A stretch of DNA of 64,000 bases from Macrostomum lignano (Eukaryota). A program made the position numbers and the translations under genes. Of the stretch, positions 56,401 through 64,000 are shown in pieces. Below the pieces are notes generated by a model. It was given only the letters and a program-made list of their open reading frames with translations, ran no database searches and was not told where the DNA came from. The stretch is taken from assembly GCA_002269645.1 (NCBI GenBank), contig NIVC01003470.1, forward strand, positions 32,259-96,258. Direction: 5' to 3'. Each line of letters begins with the position of its first letter. Position 1 is the stretch's first letter.

Positions 56401-59400
56401 CGCCACCTTTGTGACTGCTGGGGTTTGCTCACGTTTTTCATTATTTGTGCGTTATACTCACTTAGTTTGGGTAGTACCGTCTTGATGGTGGTGTAGTCAC
56501 TGCTGCCGAAGAATTTGCACACAAGCCTACAATCTTCCATGTCGCTTCGCTTAGTGAAGCTTATTGCAAGATTTCCTTGGCTGTCGAAGCTAGTTGTGAA
56601 TCCCTCCACGCTAGTGCTGCCAGTTATCGTTAGGGGCGGCAGGCCGGTTCGGTAAAGAGTGAATGTGGCTTGTTCTTTCATTGACTTCTCTGGTAGTTCA
56701 CACACAATATAGTTGTTCTGTGTCAAAGGATAAGAACTCTTGCTGTATTCTTTGATGATCACCTCTACAAATTGAAACAAAAGCCTTTCACTGAATCCTT
56801 TGTAAAATATGTTTGCCAATATTGCATCCGGCGGATGGCGGAATGGCGGCAGATCATTTTTTTAACTTACCACCATAGTTGACACTGATCTTAACGGCGT
56901 GATTGATATCATCCTTGTCACACTTGTAGTAGCCAGAGTACTGTGGTGTCATGCGCTGAATGGTAAGCGTAGATAAGGTGGTGAGGTACTTTATCTCTAA
57001 CGCAGGCGAGGCATCTGCAAGCTGTGTGTAAACCTCTGAACCATCTCGCTTAAACATCCAAGTGGGCTGTTTGATAGCTGTGGTGGAACCGTTACCATGG
57101 CACTCCAGGGTTATAGGTGCTTGGTAGCGAACATTGTATTGCAGCGGGGTGTTCTCGTAATTTGATGCACGTACAGGACCTAAAGGTAAGGAAGTTTTGT
57201 AAGGGGCCTCTCTATAACTGTGCACAAACTCTGCACGCTCTAATGTTTCAATATACCTACGTTCCAACTTAAGTTTCGTCAATAATCATCAAGATACCAT
57301 CCGGTTAAGGTCCGGCTTCGGTTTTTCCGGTTCATCCGAGAAAAGCGTAAGTTACAACGCAAAGAAACTTGTAGAGATGTATAGACAAACTGGACGAACC
57401 GTGCTGTAGATGATGGACTCGTTTCTAGAGATACCGTACGCATATCTATTGCCCCCGATCTAAAGCATACGTGCTGAGAGTCACGGTGAGCAAATATATA
57501 ACAACAACTTGGCTCGCTATCAGTGCGGCCCAAATGCAAAAGATATAACAAACCGGACGAAAAAGTTGTGTGCGTAAGCTTAACCTATACAATAGGTTAA
57601 CCTAAATTACCTATACAATTACCCCGATTTCAGCTATTGGTTTTCTGATATTGTAGCTGTGCTGCACCAGCCGCTTTGAATATCTGATGCATGCCAAATG
57701 AGTGCATTCCTACCAGCTTAATTGTACTATTTTATGTATAACACTTTTGTCACCATAAAATTCATCAGAACCAGAGCTTAGTACGTACATCTTTCCATTT
57801 CCTTCAGCAATGAAAAATGGTCAAAGGTGCCTAATCGGGACAGATTCTCTTTATTCAGAACTCAAAAGTTCGTTTGACTAATGTTTAAAATTGAGCAGAG
57901 CTAATAATAGTCGCCCCAGCCGCAGTTCGAGTGATAAATTCATAAATTAATTAAATTTTTTCTGAGTCCACAGCTTGCTCTGTTTGAGCTACTCCGCCTG
58001 GGCTATGTATAGATTAAATTGTTTGATTATTGGTGTCACAGAAATGGAACTACTTTTCGAAGCACATGAAATCTATATTCATTCGTCTCATGTAGGGACA
58101 AGTGAGAAACATACGAGTACGTACGTGGCGCGTACACGTACACGTACACGTACACGTACACGTACACGTACACGTACACGTACACGTACAATAATTCTTA
58201 GGATTGTGGGCCTCGGCGAAACACAACCAACGGCGAAGCAACCCTGCGCTTTCCGCAGACTTTGAGCATATATAATCAAGGGCAGGATCCTGTACGCAGG
58301 CACACACTCATACACGCTTACACAGGGTGTACAGCGGCTCCAACTTTCAAATCGTCAGTTCCACACTCTCTGTGCCTCTCATGGGTCTGATGGGTTGGCC
58401 CTCATGAGTCTGAATCGCACGAGACCCCCGGCCAATTTTCCTGGCACAACCCCATATTAAACTGGCCGCGCACAGAATTGAACCAGGGGTCGTGGCGCGA
58501 GCACATTGATTATGGACTCTGAGACGGCGATTGCCACTGAGCTACTCTGCCCCAGATGAAAAACTTACGAATCTGGAGATTCTCAGAGTACATAGCCCAG
58601 TTGTATTGAATTTTTTCCGGGTTCCGTCGATTATAGCACCTATATATGGTCATTCCATTTCCGTGCTCGCGTGATAGAGCCGTGTAGGTTAGGGATAGCA
58701 TGCGGCCGGTAGAGTACCGTTCAAATAGGCCAGAATTATCACGGTAGCTGCGGGTTTTTAGAATTTCACCTTTTAATATTTCCCTCCGAGAGTATGATTC
58801 ACAGAGTATGAACCTAAAATGCAAAAACCCACGTAAAAACACCACAGGACAGTCGAACAGGGCAAAATGGCAGGGCAATTGCACTAGTGGAGGCGAGATT
58901 CCTTAGTAAATATCAGTTAAAAGTTTTATTGTTTAAATGATATGAATGAGTACACTTACAGCTCCCAGACAAGGTCACTGCTGTCCGCGGCAGGGATTCG
59001 GCAGTATGGTTCGAAAAGGTCTTCTCCGTGGCCAGTCCCAACGCGCTTTATGTCGCTATTCGGAATCTGTTCCGGGCGGGGCTCTGGAATAAAAAATGCA
59101 TTTTAGATTTCAGCATCCAACAAACTTTAACAGCTCCTATATATGTACCATGTTTTAAAGTTAGATTCTCCAATAAAGTCTCCAACCTATTACATTCCAT
59201 ACAGCAAGAACCAGTACTATGTCATGCCAGATGGCACCAGATGGCACAATGTTACTTAGTAAAAAGTCGGCTTTTCAAGTTTGACAATAAATAAAATTTC
59301 CTGGCAATGGTAAAGAAGCGCACGTTTTAATTATTTTTCAACTTAAATGAATGCCAAAGAGTATTTATTGTGATGGGAGACACATTTAACAACACGAAAG

Positions 59401-60320
59401 TGTTCACAATAGATATAATTATTAGTTTTAGATTGATTTTTTAATTATAACCGTGTAGTTGTAAGGTTTTTACAATCCTTTATCTCAGTAGTAAGTTTCA
59501 ACTGATTGTCCCTGATCATCGCTTGCAGTGACTAGATGGCTGGACGTCCATCTGCGCCAACCAAGCAAATTGGTTAGATGCTCTACTGGATCAGCCACTA
59601 TTAGGCCTACCCGCTGTAACCTGTTTTTGAACACTTTCGTGTCGTTAAATGTGTCCCCCGTCACAATAAATACGCTTTGGCATTCATTTAAGTTGAAAAA
59701 TAATTAAACGTGCGATTCTTTACAATTGCCCATTTCCTTAATTTTTATTTACTATAAAAACACTCGTATTTTTTAATTCGTCTTTTCGTCTTTCGCCTTT
59801 TTAGTAAGTATTTAATGACGATATAGTCTGTAAACAACGAAGCACATGATATACTGTCCTGTCCGACATGCCTGTCATGTCTGTTCTGCGTCGTTGAACA
59901 GTATCAATTTGAACGGCTCAATAGAGACAAGAAGCTCATGCTGAACTTGAAAATTATGGACTCACTCTCGGTTAGAATAAGCGAATAGGCATTCACATTG
60001 CCGCCTTCAAGGTACAAGCAGTGATAGGCACCCAGTCGCTCCCGACGCATTCGCTGAAGGTCCGTCAGATCGCCGCGAGTATAGCTGAGATCGACGGCAA
60101 ATGTCGGTGTGCTACTCACATAGTTATTGCCCTCGCGGTTAGCAACTCCAATGAATGAGCCCTCGCGATTCGGACAGTTGAGCGACTTTGAACTGTCGGT
60201 GCTTATGTTGACTTGTACCAGGCTGTCACCTATGTAGCGCGTCACATTGGGTGGCCCCTGAGCTAATGTCTCAGTTGCAGAGAGTGCTAGGAGCAGCAGC
60301 AGCGCAGATTCCAGTGTCAT
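53185..60320 (-). CDS. Multi-exon secreted Ig-domain/LDLa protein, perlecan (HSPG2/unc-52)-like N-terminal region
   Basis: Signal peptide MTLESALLLLLALSATETLA; in-phase exons 60320-59966, 59083-58960, 58813-58569; Ig-like exons ~57500-56870, ~56830-56460, ~56130-55810, ~55313-55010; LDLa exons; final Ig exon; frameshift at ~57280. Confidence 0.75.
53585..53731 (-). CDS. LDL-receptor class A repeat exon
   Basis: CRPEETCCPRSSDKCIQRNYECDKENDCDGGTDE; in phase with both neighbours. Confidence 0.88.
54549..54741 (-). CDS. LDL-receptor class A repeat exon (5' boundary uncertain)
   Basis: CTGAQFVCDQTCKDASLMCDKKADCSDGADE; GTAAGT donor. Confidence 0.85.
58126..58553 (-). mobile_element. tRNA-head SINE of a related family with a (TGTACG)n tail
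   Basis: A-box TAGCTCAGTGG, B-box GGTTCAATTC, central domain shared with the 46466 copy, hexamer microsatellite tail. Confidence 0.82.
59303..59730. mobile_element. MITE with ~100-bp TIRs in intron 1 of the Ig/LDLa gene
   Basis: ggcaat..taaagaa.cgcacgttt..gaaagtgttca and its inverted copy; flanks AATTTCCT/CATTTCCT. Confidence 0.82.
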
Positions 60321-62021
60321 TTTTCCTGTGCATCCGCTAAAAAAGGTTTATGCTTTTATATATTCAGGTAAAACTCTGAAAGGGGAAATTTTGCCGTACT
60401 ACCTATTTGACTTTTTTGGTTAGTCCATAGCCAGAATTCTTAAATCTAGACGACAAAATAAACTGAAACGCACTATAGTTTATTGGTGTTCTATGCGTTT
60501 TTAACACTATAAACGCCATAAACACTATATATAACAATATATTTTTTACATGTAATCACTGTAAAACAATCGTTTTACTATGGTCAACCATTAAACTCAC
60601 CTCGCCATTTACCCTTAGGCAGTAAAGATTGAAATACCGGTCAGACAGAGAGACAGATCTTAGAGATTTTGTATATTGTGAAGGAATTACAAACTAAAAC
60701 TTCCGTTAAACTTAGTTAACCAATATCGTCACCGATTCGCTATTGCGCTTTTGAGAAAAAATTCTAAATTTGGAGAAAATGTCTTCAACTCCGCTTTATA
60801 AGGTGAAAACTGACTAGTGTGGTTCTGCACAAACCTGTGATTTGATAAAGAAATCAACATAAGAAACGAAGTGGCTGTTTAGCCAGGAGCAAGATTGTGC
60901 ACGTATCTACCTCAAATAAAGAGGTTGCTTTACAATGACCACGTAAAGATAGCATAAACATGTAGTCTACTGGCGCAAGCACACAGCGCTCGCAAAACAA
61001 TCTTGATCTTGTGACCTGATTTGATCTGAACCCTGGGAACGGACTAGCGGCGGCGCGAGTCTTACAAAGTTAGCAAAAAGCTGCATGCTAAAAGATTTGT
61101 TTCTTAGGAGGGTAATAACATAATGTATTCCAACTCAAACAGTAACCATGTCTGTTTTTTGCTTTTGTTTAAGAAAGCCGCCTCTAATCATTTTTGCTAT
61201 ATAAATTACATCTATGCACACAAGAAAGCCTAACAAATGCCACGGACCCCTGAATAGTAGAAGGTCTGGACAAAAAACAGAAATTGGGGCTGTACGAGAT
61301 GCGGCCCAAGATTTTTTACCCCAAGATTAATTAAAAAGAAAATTCTTATAAGAGCTAAAGCTTAAAACGCCACTGTGCCTTCTGGAAAATTGGCATGCTT
61401 ATGCCAGAGATGAGGGACTTCTTCTGAAGAGCAGATAATCAAATATGTCTACAAAATAATAGATCAAGTGTTTAAAACAACGAAAAGATCATATGAAACT
61501 TACGCCTGACATGAAAATATAATCCATATAAATAGATTAGTAGCTAGTATTCTGTAGGCTGCTGAACTCGATGCTTGGACAAGATGGGTGAAATTGATGG
61601 CTCGGGCGAGTAATTCCGATGGTTTGTTAAAGAAGCCAGCTCGATTTGCTCAAAAATGAAGTTAGACTTCCGATGTTTGTCACACCCGTCCACTAGAGTT
61701 CCTATGTATCTTTCAATTTCGTGATAGCGGAATCCAAATGTCGGTCTGACGCAGACTTTTCATCACTACACCATGCTTTTAAGCGAGACAAGTTATTAAA
61801 TAATTGAAATGAATTATTTAGTATATCTGGCAAGATGTAAAGCAGGGGTCGGCAAACTTCGGCCCGAGAAGCCTCTCTATCCGGCCCTTGGGTCCTTGAT
61901 TCCTTTGAAACTTCACAAAAGCAATCCGGTTTGTGTCTCTTCTCAGCTCTCTTCTCTGTAATCCCGTCTCCTCTACTCTCGTCTAATCGTCTCTCCTCTT
62001 CTCCTGTCCTCTCGACTCAAA

Positions 62022-64000
62022 ATGCAGCGTCCTTCACAAGACCGAAATTTCATAAGATCGAAATTTCATAACGCCGTAACCACCACAACCCAAGGAAAGG
62101 AAGGCGGACGCGAGCATTTGCGAAAATCGAGTAGCGTGACAGTGCGAATAGACACGACGGTCCAAAATTCGAAAAAAGATGGGAAAAATAATGAAGACGA
62201 GGTGCGCGCAGGTTTGTTGCGATACGCTTGCAAACAGAGTAAAATAGACGGCCATAAAAACAGTATTCAATCAATAAAACGGCAGTCATCATTGCAAACA
62301 AAAGAAAAAAAGATAAAAGGAAGAAATCAGAACCGCACGAGTTGAGAAAAACAAAACTCTGTGCATTTGAGTTCAAGCAATAATTACAGGCATTGAGACA
62401 GTTTGCGAGCAGCCGCCAGCAGGAGATCGAAGCCCTTCTCCAGCCCCAGGTACACCTCAACCACCGAGCTCCGCCAGTCGCCCAGGGCCTTGACGACTGG
62501 CAGCGGCACACCGGTGCGGAACGCCAGCGAGGCACCGCTGCGTCGAAGGCTGTGAGGAGACAGAGACCGGTCTGCCAGCCCGGCATGGTGGACGACGTGC
62601 CGAAACAGGCGACAGAACCGGGTGCCGGTCAGAGGCGTCAAGCCGCCGCTGCTTCGGTAGGCGAAGAGGTGGGCAGCAGCGGCGCGGTCGGGCTGGTTGA
62701 TTCGCAGCTGGTGAAGCAGCGTTGCCACCGGGCAGAGCGGGTGGTGCGCCGCGTGTCAGAATTGCGGCAGGACCACGCGGTGCACTTGCTGGCGGAACTG
62801 ATTTGTCTTGGGGCGCCGAATGTGCAGGATGGCCAGATCCCGCAGGTGACCGTCTCGCCAGCTGGTAGGAACGACATCGGGCAGCACAGGTTAGCGCGGC
62901 GCAGTAGGCCTCAGAATCCGACCAGGACCGCCGCCCAGAAGGCTGCATTTTGATGCTGCTGCAGGCGCAGGGTTTCTCGCAGTTTGAGGAGGTCACTTGG
63001 AGTGATGGGCGCCTTGCGTGCAGGCGGCTTGGGGAGTTTGCGCTGCACACCGCGGAGAAGCAGGTCGATACGGAGGAAGGCCGCGGCCGGTCTTGAGCTT
63101 TCAGTGCAGGTTTGCGGCGCTAATGTACGCACCGACGCTGGCATGCGAAGAGAGGCGGTCGGACAGCGCGATGATGTAGTGCGCGACCTGCTGCAGAGAC
63201 GGTCTGGTGCTGTCGATGCGCTTCTGCTTGCAGAACCGCTTCCAGGAGTCGATCTGGCAGCGGTAAGAGCGCGCGGTTGTCTCAACGAAGGCCAAGTGGC
63301 AGAGCTCGCGGTAGCGCTTGCTGAAGTTCGCGCTCGGGACTTGAGGCGGGCGAGTAAGGCGAGAGAGTCGCAGGTGGCTGGCGAGAGGGTGTGCTCGCTA
63401 AGTTGCTAAGGTCAGGGTGAATAGAGCCAAAGAGCCGGAGCAGGAAGTTTGTCAGCTCGCTGATGTCATCGGCTCGGCTGCCACTATCAGCGAAGATCTG
63501 GAATGTCCCGGGGACGTGGAAGGCCTGGACGGAGAGGTCGCGGTGCGCAGCCAGGAGCATCAGCTGTTGCAGAGCCGAGTTGACGAGCCGATTAGGCGAT
63601 GAGCCCTTATTGATGGCGCCGACTGGGGCGGTGCTGTCTGAGTAGATCACAAGCTGGCTGCCTGGTTGCAGCTGCTGCTGGAAATGCAGGGCCGTGAGCA
63701 CTGGCGCGAGACTTTCCTTGAAGCTGATGTGCAGCGGCTCGATCTCGGTCGAGTCGCGGTGCTAGTCCATGATGAGCCAGCTGGTGGTGTCTGGGCCGCG
63801 GATGATGCCGCAGCCGCCCCAGCTGGACGTGTCGGACTCGATGGCTGGGCCCGTGGGAACGCCAGATTTTGTAGCTGAGGGAAGTGGCCAGGCAGGCGTC
63901 CCACCAGCTACGGATCTCGCGGAGATCATTGTGCACGCGCAGTTTGTGCCGCTGAGCTCGAGCAGGAGTGGTCTCAGGAAGCACCTCCCGATGCGGACCA
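62022..64000 (-). mobile_element. Ngaro/DIRS-type tyrosine-recombinase retrotransposon, 3' part, frameshifted, continuing beyond the window
   Basis: DIRS-type RNase H (IYSDSTA.VGAINKG, FHVPG..AD..SR) followed by YR (KAPIT, FWAAVLVGF, HSLRRSGA, LGDWRS..V..Y); no methyltransferase domain seen. Confidence 0.9.

Overview
Eukaryotic (invertebrate animal-like) genomic DNA, very rich in transposons; no prokaryotic or CRISPR system is present. Four spliced host loci: (1) a PAN2 homolog (25006-27704, +) whose four exons join into a 515-aa product that stops after the WD40 and linker regions, with no UCH or nuclease domain seen; (2) APRT (29537-31415, +); (3) a GT31 beta-1,3-galactosyltransferase-like gene (37888-39318, +); (4) a secreted Ig/LDLa perlecan-like gene (60320 down to 53185, -). 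Mobile elements: two Gypsy LTR retrotransposons, an intact PHD-FLYWCH-MULE transposon with TIRs and an 8-bp TSD, a full-length Ingi-like LINE with an HDV-like ribozyme at its exact 5' end, RTE LINEs whose 5' ends also fold HDV-like, an Ngaro/DIRS element, a Merlin remnant, three related tRNA-head SINEs and several MITEs. One hAT MITE carries a 28S rRNA fragment altered at the R2/I-PpoI target. The old DNA in the first ~25 kb is nearly CpG-free and TpA-rich. Many frameshifts look like assembly indels. All alignments and folds were done by eye.
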